IMG/VR virus record: IMGVR_UViG_3300046457_000118
Location: 12,359 to 76,358 of that record
From: a virus
Reading direction: 5' to 3' (one strand)
DNA length: 64,000 nucleotides
In this document: positions 48,701 to 57,707 of the stretch, one piece after another
How positions within the stretch are numbered: the stretch's first letter is position 1
Layout: every line of letters begins with the position of its first letter
Notes under the pieces: generated by a model
What the model saw: the letters and a program-made list of their open reading frames with translations, nothing else
The model's database searches: none
Told to the model about the DNA's origin: nothing
Position numbers and translations under genes: made by a program

Positions 48701-51700
48701 ACACGAAGCGCGACAGATAGTCCGTATTCGGCGTCAGGGCAAACAGGAAGTCATATTCATCCTGCGTCAGTCCAGTACCGATCTGATCCTTCAGCTTGTC
48801 ACGGGCTTCCTCGTACAGCTTGCCGAGTTCCTTGAAGGCCACGCTGGTCACGCCATCGGCTCCCGACAGGGCAGCACGCATGGTCACTTCCACCTGTTCC
48901 AGCACGAAGGCCACCTGCTCGTTACCTGCCAAGCCATGGGCCACCGCATCCAGAGCGAATGGTGCCGTGCCATTGGTCTGGGCATTGGCCCAGATCGAGG
49001 CGGCACCCAGCGTACTGGTGCTCATGGCATCCTGACCGAAGGCACCGTAGATCGGGCTGAAGGTCTCGATCAGGCTGCTCAACAAGCCACGCAGACGGAC
49101 ATCATCTTGAGGCGACAATGGGTTGTTGGCGTTCTGCCCCAGTTCATTGTAGATGTCTGCCGTGGTATAACTCTGGGCCGGAGTAGCGTGCATCAAGGTC
49201 AGTTTGACACGCTCTGCCTCATTACCACGTGACTGTTCCATCAACCCAGAAACGTTGTAAATGAGGATCGACAATGCACGTTCTTTCGTGTCGGTGGCAT
49301 CACCAAAGAACAACTTGGTCATGGCATTGGCAAACACTTTCATGGCCTTGACCAAACGATTGCCACTAGTGCGAGACACCGGATACACGATCTGTTTCAG
49401 GAACTCTTGGAACTCCGGATTCGCCATGCCCCATGCGGTGAACTCCTGCACATCCGTCAAAGCACCCTTAAACTTTTCGGCACCCGGATAGTTTTTCACG
49501 TAGGTCAGTAGGTCTTCAAGGTCTTTGATAATAGATTTACTAGCCTTCGAGACAGGTGAATCAATCTCATGCGAGATGGCAGCATGCACCAATTCATGCA
49601 GCACAGTCTCAATGTTCATACCACTCGATGCAAAACCATCAGATTTTATGTACACATGGCTTTGCTGCCCTTTAGGTGCCAGTACGAACCAGCCGCATGC
49701 CTCTGAGTTTGGTAAGGAAAGCACTTCACCGGGATTGGTAGTAGGCGTAATCAGGTTGACGAACAGGTCTTCCGGCAGCACCTTGGCAAGCTGTTTTGCC
49801 AGCATATTGTTGACGCCAGTAGTGTTCTTGACCATATAGTCGATGGCTTCTTTGCCTGACAACGTGGCCTTGTCAGCGAACATTTTTTGTACCACCGGGT
49901 CCACTGCTCGCCACGTCGATACACCAAGACGACCGAACGGCGTCAAGCCAGTGCCATCAAGCGAATTCATGATGCGAGCAGTCTGCTCGATCTTCTCTGC
50001 CGTGTCAGGCTTACCTACCACAGCAGCTACTGCTGCCATGTCGGCGCCCTTGGTTTCCATGGTCGGAGCGGCATCAGCCTCTTCCATCGGTGCCGTCTCC
50101 ACTGCCTTGCCATCAGCGAAGTCACGGATGACATCGAATGCCTTGTGGGCTTCGTCGCTCATCTCGGTGACCACCGACTTGATATCGGCAAGTGCCTGTT
50201 CACGGACCGACTTCGGTACCTGATACTGGCCACTCTCCCATGTGTACTGGTCCACCACGCCAATCTTGGCGATGGTCGAGAGACGCACACGATCTGCATT
50301 CACGGCATTGGCGATGGCCATGGCACGGATACCGTTGACAGCTTCGGCCACCGACATATCCTGACGCTCCTTGGCTTTGACCTTGTTGCGTGCACCAACG
50401 ACTTCCTTCCACTGGGCCACGATGGCATTCACATCGGCCTTGTCGATTTCGCCGTCTTGGATACGCTTGGCCAGATCGGCAGCGATCCGCTCCACCATGT
50501 TCAGGGCTTCACGGGCAGGCGAGAACTTCGACAGTGCCTGTAACGTCGCACGGTTGATGGCCCCAGCTGCATTCGCCACTTCCAACACACCATGACCGAT
50601 CTCGTCGTGCACGTTCAGGGCTTCCTGCACCGAGGCCAGAGCCGAGTGCATCAGGAACGAGTCGAGCGAGTGGATCAGGTAAGGCGTACCTGCCACACCC
50701 GGACTCGTCTCCACACGGTCCATGCCCTTCATGTGCAGGTTCTTGCTGGAACTGAAGGAGCCATCAGGATTGGCCTTGCCATTGACCACAGGCGAAGCCA
50801 AGGTGATCTGCGATTGCAGCATCGGGTCATCCGAAAGCTGGGTTTCCTGCTTGCCCATGTAGATACCATTGGCCAGATCACCACCCATCGAGTAGGCGGT
50901 ATGGACCACTGGCAGCATGCCCGTCAGCTTCTCGCGCACAGCGTCTTCTTGTGCTGAGGTCAGGTCGGTACGGGGCTTCTTCTGCCCCTTGCCCGTTTCT
51001 TCGGTACCTCCGGTCTGCTCACGCCATGCCAGATGATCCTCTGCGATCAGGTCTTGAATAGCCTTCTTGCGTGCTGCCTTGTAGGCCACTTCGTACATGG
51101 CAAAGCCTGCCTGCACCGTACGGTTCAGGTCACCACGGCGTTCGATGAAGGTAGCGAAGTAGGACTCCATGGCCTGCTTGACTGGCTCACCCATGATGCC
51201 TCGGAAGGCTGCACGCAGCAGTTCCTCGCCATCCTTGGAGATCGGATGGTTCATGAGTTCAGCAGCCTTGACGTTCGTGTCGAACGGCTGGATGTCACCC
51301 TGAGACTTCATCAACACATTCATGGCATTCACGAAGCCAGACACATCAGCAGGCTTGCCAGCGTGTTCTTCCTTGGCCAGCTTCTCGATCTTCTTGTAGA
51401 TGCTGTCGATGAACTTGTTCTCCATCGCCGTGATGGAACCCTTCAGCGACGAACCGAAGGCGAATGCCGTCAGTGGCGTCTTCACCAGATCACGACCTTC
51501 CTTGGTCACATCCTGATTGGCATCCTGTAGCGTGCCGAGGATCGACTGCATGGCATCGAACGGAGCATCCTTGGTGACGTGCTTCAGCAGGTAGGATGCC
51601 AAGTCCTGATACAAGTCCTTGCCCTTGGTGTCCTTGCGCCACTGGCTGTAGTGCTGTGGCTGTCCTTCTGCCGAACCATAGATACCACCACGGGCCATAC

Positions 51701-53807
51701 GCTCCATCAAGTCATTCGAGTTGGGAGCGGCACCCAGTGCCAGTTGGGTCAGGATCGGGCCATTGGTCTTGCCGTCCGCACCCACTAGCATGGTCACATC
51801 GATGTGATCCTTGTCGGCGTACATCAGCTTGGCATAGGCCACCAGTGCTTGCAGGGTCTGCATGCCTTCTGCACCGGCAGCGAACTCGGTGATAGCTTCC
51901 GTGTTGGCCCACTGGTTTGCACTCAGACCATTGTGGATGGCTTCGACTGCTGCACGCAGCTTCGCATCATCGTTCCACTTCTGGTTCAGCATTGCCACCG
52001 TATCGGCATTCGGCTGATCATCGGTCTTCAAATCTTTGTAGCCCAGTGCACCAGCAATGGCGACCTTCAGTGCATCGACATGTGCCTCGTTCTTCAGGTC
52101 CACTTTCTGGGTCCAGCTTGGACGAGCGAACATGTAGCGATGAATCTTCGATGCCTGCTGGTTCAGCGACTCGGTGACCACACCTACACGGAAGTTCTTC
52201 CACACCTCGTACTGCACATAGCGAGGCGTGGTGATGTCTGCATGCATGTCACCCACATCCTGTGCACCTAGCATGTCCAGCGCCAGATCAAGCTGATTGG
52301 CCAGTCCACGGCTCTTGGCTTCGACACCCTTCTTGTTCACCTCGTGCACGAAGTCGGTATCCACATTCCTGGCACCAGCGACCTTGAGCACGTTGTCACG
52401 GCCAAGCGCACCCATCAGGGACCACATGTCAGGGATCACCGTGTGCGGCACCTTCTGGGCCTCGTTGAGCACCTTGGCCAGCTTGGCAGGCACCTTCTGA
52501 CGCGTGTTCTGGGCATACTCCTGCCGGAACTTGGCAGGCTTGGTCGAGGCGATCACCGGCGTCTTCTCGGAACCGAACAGGGTATCTACGATGGCGTTCG
52601 TACCCTTGTTCGCATCCTTGTACTCGGTCAGCTTTTCACGGTCTGCAAACACGTACACCGTGTTCTTCTTCGGATCGATCGGTGCTCCGGCCACAGGTTC
52701 GAACAGGTCGTTGATCATCTTGGTATTGATGGGACGACGCTCTACCAGTCCCTCGGATGCCAGTGCCACCAGCATACGGGCACCCAGAGCCGTCTTGAGA
52801 CGGGGCAGCAGGTCTTGTGGGGCATTGCTGTCCACGGTCAAGCCAAGGGCTTGCAGGGCCATTTCGCCCATGTCAGCAGCAGCGGTGTCCTCGATGTTGG
52901 TCACACCATCCAGCAGGGTATCGACCTCATGGCCATAGGTCGCATCCTTGTCACGACCATGCATCTTGTTCAGTTGTTCCTTCGTCTTGCCGGTGCTGTT
53001 CGACTCGTTGACCAGCCAGTGATACATGCCATAGCTCATGGCCGTCAGCACGTTCTCATCGACCGATACCTTGCTGCCTTCCTTGGTCAGCATGTACTGC
53101 ATCATGTCACGCAGCTTGAAGGCATCCTGCTTGTCGTAGGTGGCAAGCTGCTCTGACAGCACACCGTTCCACACCTTGGCTTTATCGGCAAAGTGCTTGA
53201 TGGCTGCTTTCTGATTAGCCGCTCGATCCGGATCGCTGTCGTACTGGATGAAGTCAGACGGTGCAACGATCTTCTTACCAAGCCAAGTGGAAAGGAAGTT
53301 GCGTACAGCGATCAGGGGACGATGGCCACCAGTCGTCTCCACCTTGGCTTTCTGCTTGAAGAACTGGGCAATCGGATTCATCGCCGGATTGCTGAACAGT
53401 TCCTGCATCTTGGTGGTCGGCTCGACCGTCAGACGGGAAGCCATCACACTCAGAGTGCCATGGTCGGCCAGCACATCTTCATGGTGGGTCTGTTCGTTCC
53501 CCGCCGTCGCAGCCTCCGCAACGGGCGCAGGGTTCGCTTCGCTCACCGCTGCTGGTTGCTGCGCTGCTTCCGGCTTGGCTTTGGGTTGCAGGGGCTGGCC
53601 ACCGTCGGCTTCATACGCACTGCGGACTTGGGCAATCACATCCTGATGCTCTTGTTGCAGGGTTGCCAAGCGGTCCTGCACGGCCTGATACATGGCTGCT
53701 TCTGCCTCCAACCCGTTCTGCTTGTGCTGTTCAGCCACATGGCGCAATGCCTGATGGTGGATCTTCTGATGCAGGCCGAGGCTGACAACGCATTTACGAT
53801 AGCTCAT
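45717..53807 (-). CDS. Virion RNA polymerase, catalytic domain plus C-terminal domain (2696 aa; C-half of split vRNAP)
   Basis: Motif A ADGKTNGP (~51770), motif B RDLVKTPLTAFAFG (~51470), PGVAG, motif C NVHDE (~50610), HELVH in the CTD. Confidence 0.92.
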   Translation of the reverse strand: MSYRKCVVSLGLHQKIHHQALRHVAEQHKQNGLEAEAAMYQAVQDRLATLQQEHQDVIAQVRSAYEADGGQPLQPKAKPEAAQQPAAVSEANPAPVAEAATAGNEQTHHEDVLADHGTLSVMASRLTVEPTTKMQELFSNPAMNPIAQFFKQKAKVETTGGHRPLIAVRNFLSTWLGKKIVAPSDFIQYDSDPDRAANQKAAIKHFADKAKVWNGVLSEQLATYDKQDAFKLRDMMQYMLTKEGSKVSVDENVLTAMSYGMYHWLVNESNSTGKTKEQLNKMHGRDKDATYGHEVDTLLDGVTNIEDTAAADMGEMALQALGLTVDSNAPQDLLPRLKTALGARMLVALASEGLVERRPINTKMINDLFEPVAGAPIDPKKNTVYVFADREKLTEYKDANKGTNAIVDTLFGSEKTPVIASTKPAKFRQEYAQNTRQKVPAKLAKVLNEAQKVPHTVIPDMWSLMGALGRDNVLKVAGARNVDTDFVHEVNKKGVEAKSRGLANQLDLALDMLGAQDVGDMHADITTPRYVQYEVWKNFRVGVVTESLNQQASKIHRYMFARPSWTQKVDLKNEAHVDALKVAIAGALGYKDLKTDDQPNADTVAMLNQKWNDDAKLRAAVEAIHNGLSANQWANTEAITEFAAGAEGMQTLQALVAYAKLMYADKDHIDVTMLVGADGKTNGPILTQLALGAAPNSNDLMERMARGGIYGSAEGQPQHYSQWRKDTKGKDLYQDLASYLLKHVTKDAPFDAMQSILGTLQDANQDVTKEGRDLVKTPLTAFAFGSSLKGSITAMENKFIDSIYKKIEKLAKEEHAGKPADVSGFVNAMNVLMKSQGDIQPFDTNVKAAELMNHPISKDGEELLRAAFRGIMGEPVKQAMESYFATFIERRGDLNRTVQAGFAMYEVAYKAARKKAIQDLIAEDHLAWREQTGGTEETGKGQKKPRTDLTSAQEDAVREKLTGMLPVVHTAYSMGGDLANGIYMGKQETQLSDDPMLQSQITLASPVVNGKANPDGSFSSSKNLHMKGMDRVETSPGVAGTPYLIHSLDSFLMHSALASVQEALNVHDEIGHGVLEVANAAGAINRATLQALSKFSPAREALNMVERIAADLAKRIQDGEIDKADVNAIVAQWKEVVGARNKVKAKERQDMSVAEAVNGIRAMAIANAVNADRVRLSTIAKIGVVDQYTWESGQYQVPKSVREQALADIKSVVTEMSDEAHKAFDVIRDFADGKAVETAPMEEADAAPTMETKGADMAAVAAVVGKPDTAEKIEQTARIMNSLDGTGLTPFGRLGVSTWRAVDPVVQKMFADKATLSGKEAIDYMVKNTTGVNNMLAKQLAKVLPEDLFVNLITPTTNPGEVLSLPNSEACGWFVLAPKGQQSHVYIKSDGFASSGMNIETVLHELVHAAISHEIDSPVSKASKSIIKDLEDLLTYVKNYPGAEKFKGALTDVQEFTAWGMANPEFQEFLKQIVYPVSRTSGNRLVKAMKVFANAMTKLFFGDATDTKERALSILIYNVSGLMEQSRGNEAERVKLTLMHATPAQSYTTADIYNELGQNANNPLSPQDDVRLRGLLSSLIETFSPIYGAFGQDAMSTSTLGAASIWANAQTNGTAPFALDAVAHGLAGNEQVAFVLEQVEVTMRAALSGADGVTSVAFKELGKLYEEARDKLKDQIGTGLTQDEYDFLFALTPNTDYLSRFVSLGLVNPKINALLQFKTKLKSDEQFADTLLGKLNQMLQEALQWVVGRWTKTRMGEQADSKLDSLATQLVMIEAKRRARLNVEQSQTVNAIEGMLNSVAKGARNKVDEVANSKFFKEAKNGYLKMTGSLVSATVKERLDHVVQAYQDFSDQHFHYSNGMFANTINEIRGAHDGNRVFLHLLRMAKLFEGKRKDLIAGTSKVLIESFSDEGKNLTDDMKKAVSNVFLRTDMASLMSRYTDMKDLHALLNDQAKLSQAIVDVTQELATSPHQMYYVNAAKALGYKMVNGKARAANTMQNAHAIARLYGTTQAMPQDAMRFEPAIDHLASLYALHYSNADEKTTASELMAKEMARDEGNGVEMALKLHEKLQADSKERLFKDQEALMMKGYLPEVYNPYVELRLASKDELDDLRDQGFGQGMKLATAKADPEAGGNYLMARHGSGLQPYLTGSMSLTSMNTKGTTKHNGVLDFFSDQGLYNAEMMHQIGQNVADDVQRMFTHPIEPDKVTEEYLVPVINPQGDKVNYRYMMANDVKDNVLDRDNRFDKLMGTMAGSIYDKEGTPKQNRTVVETLYEQYRKEFNERPRSFIEVGPRSADPEMREIYRLLPESAKQTIREVWKSDAMQVRIDLLDMTFGYRKLSITDVLKKDREARKGWEKLMGDVLSFLGTGKMLSDHADPEDFKSREARAMVRLRTVEEMWQWLVKEAKDIVVVKNLSTLMGNMTSNISMLYGFGVPLTEIFRSHRIAFRGAIAYKRDSAELFALQTKLDTGTSGNVNEDKARVAKLKDALARNPMHELIQAGLMPTIVDDVEMDDDIYSYKSKFNKRTEQLTSWINPDVKSVANQLYMGHETYVYQLLSEAAQISDFLGRYTLYQHMTTKKKDPMSKEEAVSLASEAFIFYDVPTDRRTQYLNDMGFVRFTKYYLRIQKVLLALHRGNPGRALGLVALSHYFKHLPTVMDSSFYHRLGNNPLEAGVFTYPQAIGTLATYKAVTMPFN

Positions 53808-54195
53808 CTTGTGCGATTTCAAAAAGGAGTTGGAGGATTACCAGTTCTTCTTCTTCTTCGGAAACGTTGAAGACCGGAATTTCATATTTCTGTGTGTCAG
53901 CATTATAGTACTGCCTTACCGTAGGGTATCGACTCTTTCCGGGAGAAGAACCACCACTTTGCGGTACCGGTACAACCTGTCGGACAGGAGGGCCAATATC
54001 GAACTCGGCCCATGCCACATCGACACGGGTACCCAAGTAGGCCGTATCGAACACGGCCCAGGTGACATCCACCCGGACCGCTGCATTCGTGTCGAGTTCG
54101 GCCCACTCAATCTGGGCAATAGGCGTGACGCCAGACCGCGTATCCCCCGGTGCCTGTGTGTCAAAGGTTACCCAATTGACAGTGACCTGCATCAC
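53794..54195 (-). CDS. Cassette protein with four V-x-V-x-W-x-x-F-D repeats and an acidic/hydrophobic C-terminal helix
   Basis: Overlaps both neighbouring genes; ends EEEEELVILQLLFEI. Confidence 0.75.
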   Translation of the reverse strand: MMQVTVNWVTFDTQAPGDTRSGVTPIAQIEWAELDTNAAVRVDVTWAVFDTAYLGTRVDVAWAEFDIGPPVRQVVPVPQSGGSSPGKSRYPTVRQYYNADTQKYEIPVFNVSEEEEELVILQLLFEIAQDELS

Positions 54196-55826
54196 ACTGC
54201 CTCGAAGGTCAGGCGCAGGTCACTGTAGTCGGTGATGGCATCACACTGGTCCACGGACAGCACTTGCGTGAACACGGTCTGCACTGTAGGCAGCATGATG
54301 TGTTCCCATTGTGCGATCACGGTCATACCTTGCTTGAGCGTCACGATCAAGCCATTGCCCGTTACCGATCCAGCCTTGTAGCGCACCACCTGAGCAGTAC
54401 TGGTCTGCGGATCAACCACGTTGTTCAGCTTGACTTCACAGCTACCCGGTGCCGTGGTACTGATGCCGGTGCCACCATTCTGCTTCAAGCCAGCCGACAA
54501 GGAACTCTGTGCCGTGGTCCAGGCACCCGGATCGATGTCTCCGATAGGACGTGCATAGCGTGGATCAGGAGGCTGGGGCGTACTCGTGACGGTCGGTGCA
54601 TAGCCGGTGACACCTACGCTGTCGGTATCCGGCAGCAGCCAGTGATGGTCGGTACGTAGCAGGGAGGGTGCATAGCCTGCCAGTGCAATCCCTTCATAGA
54701 CAGGCTGTACCGTGACGTGCTGGGTCTGCGTGATGACGGGTGCGTAACCTACCAGCAGCACATCCTCGCTACCCTCCTGCACCATCTGGTTATTGGTTTG
54801 CGTGACGATGGGCGCATAGCCTTGCAGTCCCACCGTACTGCCATTAGGTAGCAGGAACTGGTGCAGTGTCTGGTTTACCGAAGGGGCATAACCTTGTACT
54901 GCCAGCGGTTCACCAGACGGTGACAGGAACTGGTGTGCCGTACGGTCCACGGTAGGTGCATACCCGGTCAAGCCAATCGCTTCCGATCCCGGTGACAGGA
55001 AGTTGTTGGCACTCTGGATGATGCTGGGCGTATTGCCGGTAACGAGGATACTGCCTTTGCCAGGAGCCACATTCGTGGGTGCCGTGGCCAGCATGTAGGC
55101 AATCGCAGCCGCAAGACTGTTGTTGACCGGAGCCTGCCACACTTGCCAGATGTTCCGGTACAGGGCGTATATCTCTGCCGCAGAGAGTGCCCGGTTGTAG
55201 ATCAGGTTTGCATAGGGAAGTGCGCCACCATTGGTGTTACCACCCGCCGCATCAGCCTCGTACATCGAGAAGCCATTGCTACCGATGGCCGTAGTCCCGG
55301 CCGCTATCGTACTGACGGCCACACCGTTCACATACAGCGTCTGGACGTTATTCGTCTTGTCCCATACACCGGCAATGAACATGACTTCACCGGATGCCGG
55401 AGCAGTCGGTGCAGTCCATGAATTGGTGGAAGTCGGGCCAGCAAACGCAATGCCGGTGTTGTTGTTAAAGGCATTGGTACCCAGTCCAAGGGACTGGGCA
55501 TTGACGTTGGTTGTGCGATAGCGAATCGCAAACTGTGCATCCGACAAGCTGACATTGTTGCGTCGAATGAGGCTGACAAACGTGACCGCGTTCAGGCCGG
55601 TCATCATGCCATTCGATGCGCTCGTGCTGGGCACGATGTCAGGATTAACCAGACCGCCCGTGGTATTACGGGTCATGTAGCGACCGGCAGGGCCAGCCGC
55701 ATGCGTCGGAATCTGATGACCCAGACGAGCCGAGATCAATCCATAGGCAAGCGGGTTGGCCTTGTTGATGGGTACGAGTTGCTGGGGCTGTTGCCGCAGC
55801 ACGCTCAAGGGCAGCGGCGCACCCAT
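54192..55826 (-). CDS. LamG/concanavalin-like fibre protein with seven 24-aa repeats
   Basis: FIAGVWD..LYVNG..IYNRALSAAEI; GYAP repeats. Confidence 0.8.
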   Translation of the reverse strand: MGAPLPLSVLRQQPQQLVPINKANPLAYGLISARLGHQIPTHAAGPAGRYMTRNTTGGLVNPDIVPSTSASNGMMTGLNAVTFVSLIRRNNVSLSDAQFAIRYRTTNVNAQSLGLGTNAFNNNTGIAFAGPTSTNSWTAPTAPASGEVMFIAGVWDKTNNVQTLYVNGVAVSTIAAGTTAIGSNGFSMYEADAAGGNTNGGALPYANLIYNRALSAAEIYALYRNIWQVWQAPVNNSLAAAIAYMLATAPTNVAPGKGSILVTGNTPSIIQSANNFLSPGSEAIGLTGYAPTVDRTAHQFLSPSGEPLAVQGYAPSVNQTLHQFLLPNGSTVGLQGYAPIVTQTNNQMVQEGSEDVLLVGYAPVITQTQHVTVQPVYEGIALAGYAPSLLRTDHHWLLPDTDSVGVTGYAPTVTSTPQPPDPRYARPIGDIDPGAWTTAQSSLSAGLKQNGGTGISTTAPGSCEVKLNNVVDPQTSTAQVVRYKAGSVTGNGLIVTLKQGMTVIAQWEHIMLPTVQTVFTQVLSVDQCDAITDYSDLRLTFEAV

Positions 55827-55827
55827 A

Positions 55828-56277
55828 TCAAGCCACCGTGTAGGAAACTTCCATCGTACGCAGCGTGCCAGCCGTGAAGGCTACGCCGCTATCGTTCTTC
55901 ACGACGAAACGTACCATCGGCGGCAGGATGCCACCGAATGCAGCGGCCACACTGAATGTGCGGTCCTGCGCACCTGCTGCCGTCTTCAGGGACAGCGTAC
56001 CCAGTTGTGTCAGGTTCGGTTCATCCGTGGCCGTAGTACCGGAACCCGGACCACTCTGCCACGTCGTACCACCATCGTAAGAAGCCTGTGCGAACAGGAC
56101 TGCTTGCTGATTACCGGCGGTCGTACCCGGCGTGATTGCCAGTTCGGCCAACAGGTCGCTCTGCTGGTTGACGTTGGAGTACTGTGCCGAGGTGACATAC
56201 GTGGCTGCGGCCAGTGTGGACAGACCCGTGACGGTCAGTGCAGCAGGAGCGGAGATGATTTGTTTTGCGGTCGCCAT
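55828..56277 (-). CDS. Beta-rich cassette protein (putative fibre component)
   Basis: 1-2 nt spacing; ASYDGGTTW, FVVKNDSG. Confidence 0.75.
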   Translation of the reverse strand: MATAKQIISAPAALTVTGLSTLAAATYVTSAQYSNVNQQSDLLAELAITPGTTAGNQQAVLFAQASYDGGTTWQSGPGSGTTATDEPNLTQLGTLSLKTAAGAQDRTFSVAAAFGGILPPMVRFVVKNDSGVAFTAGTLRTMEVSYTVA

Positions 56278-56279
56278 TA

Positions 56280-56711
56280 TCAGTTCCAGTTATTCATTAC
56301 GTCGAGCACGGTGACCGGTGCCAGTCCAAGGACTTGGGCACGGCTTGCTGGCTGGATGGCGAGGGCTTTCAACTCGTCGCCTTCACTTTGGTCGAGTACC
56401 TGCAATGCTACCAAGCCATTGATATTCGCCTTGGTCGCACCATCATTCACATTCAGGCCCGTCGAACTGTTCAAACGGTTCCATGCCACCAGTACCACCG
56501 CATCCTGTTGGGATGCCGCATACAGCTTGCGAATGATCGAGGGACCACTGGGGCATTCGGACAGGATGGTCAGTGCCGTGACCCAGCGTTCCTGTGCCAT
56601 GGTCGTAAGCTGGACATTCAGCAGATCGGCCACGATGCCAGGAGCATCCGGCAGGTACACGGCATAGCCCATGCCAGTAGGGTCTTGTCGGAGTTCTTCA
56701 ACGAGCGTCAT
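56280..56711 (-). CDS. Cassette protein
   Basis: ATGA overlap; ELRQDPTGMGYA...SRAQVLGL. Confidence 0.75.
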   Translation of the reverse strand: MTLVEELRQDPTGMGYAVYLPDAPGIVADLLNVQLTTMAQERWVTALTILSECPSGPSIIRKLYAASQQDAVVLVAWNRLNSSTGLNVNDGATKANINGLVALQVLDQSEGDELKALAIQPASRAQVLGLAPVTVLDVMNNWN

Positions 56712-56920
56712 GGTTTGTTCACCGGGTTCATGATGTTGTGGAGACAGTGGTCAGGCCAGAAGCGTGATAGCAACCAGCAAACCAAGGAGCAGAACCTGCA
56801 AGGTCTGCCTTCCTTGAGTTTGCGACCCATGTTGGACGACATGGTTTCCACGTCGCCTCCGAACACGGTATTGAGCCAGATATCCGAAGCCAGCCAGAAA
56901 TTAGCCAGATACCGTTTCAT
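56708..56920 (-). CDS. Small Cys-containing phage protein
   Basis: D.WLNTVFGGDVETMSS.MGR...C..C...DHC. Confidence 0.7.
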   Translation of the reverse strand: MKRYLANFWLASDIWLNTVFGGDVETMSSNMGRKLKEGRPCRFCSLVCWLLSRFWPDHCLHNIMNPVNKP

Positions 56921-56923
56921 GGA

Positions 56924-57400
56924 TCACGCCTTGGTGATGTTCAGGTAACCAGCCGCAGGCGTATTCACGTTCAGGTTGTTGCCTGCTGTGGTAGCCGGTA
57001 CGTCAGCAGGCGTAGCGTCACCGAGGAAGTGGCCCACCACCGGATTGACCTTGCCATTGAGCGTGCCGACGTAGTAAATGACACCACGACGCCATGCCGG
57101 AAGCGAGCCACCTGCTGCCGCCCACTGGACGTTATCGCAGGTGAACTTGATCACGCCAGCAGCCATCGACAGGGCCACATTGGTCAGTGCCTTGCCACCA
57201 GCCGTATAGCCATTGCCCGCAGCGACCTCACTGCCCGAGAAGTCAGCCCAGACTTCATTGCCGGTATCCGAGTTGTCCGGTGCCATGGCAGAGGTTACGA
57301 GTGCCATCTTGAAGTTGGCGGCATTCGCTGCCAGCAAGCCAGTGGCATTGAACATGTTGAGGAATGCTTTGTTGGGTACGACGAGAGTTCCAGCAGCCAT
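56924..57400 (-). CDS. Fibre/adaptor-type virion protein
   Basis: FKMALVTS...EVAAGNGYTAGGKAL...DNVQW...VIY, a pattern typical of small phage fibre proteins. Confidence 0.75.
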   Translation of the reverse strand: MAAGTLVVPNKAFLNMFNATGLLAANAANFKMALVTSAMAPDNSDTGNEVWADFSGSEVAAGNGYTAGGKALTNVALSMAAGVIKFTCDNVQWAAAGGSLPAWRRGVIYYVGTLNGKVNPVVGHFLGDATPADVPATTAGNNLNVNTPAAGYLNITKA

Positions 57401-57421
57401 GGATGGCCCCTTTCAAGTGAA

Positions 57422-57706
57422 TTATCGAATTACTTCCACGATGACCTTGATCATCTTGCCTTCAGCGTCACGAACGATGTCCGCTTCCAGACGCTTGGTT
57501 TGTACCGGTTGAGGCATATCCTGTATGGCCTTGACCGCTTTATTCATGGTTGAAGCCATGGAAACCACCTGATTCAACGATGCCTGCATCATGCGCAGGT
57601 AGGCCGGATCAATGGCGGCTGTCTCAGCCTGTTCCTTCTCTTCCGATTCAGGCTTCAGCAGTTTTTTCTTGGCTTCATCCAGTTCAGCCCGCGTCATTGT
57701 TCGCAT
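57422..57706 (-). CDS. Small cassette protein ending IVRDAEGKMIKV
   Basis: Starts 1 nt after the stop of the vRNAP N-half. Confidence 0.7.
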   Translation of the reverse strand: MRTMTRAELDEAKKKLLKPESEEKEQAETAAIDPAYLRMMQASLNQVVSMASTMNKAVKAIQDMPQPVQTKRLEADIVRDAEGKMIKVIVEVIR

Positions 57707-57707
57707 A

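Noticed and set aside
53794-57706. Cassette as a self-splicing intron, intein or excisable element
   Set aside because: No group I/II core, no intein terminal motifs, no recombinase and no flanking direct repeats seen; both halves have their own start and stop
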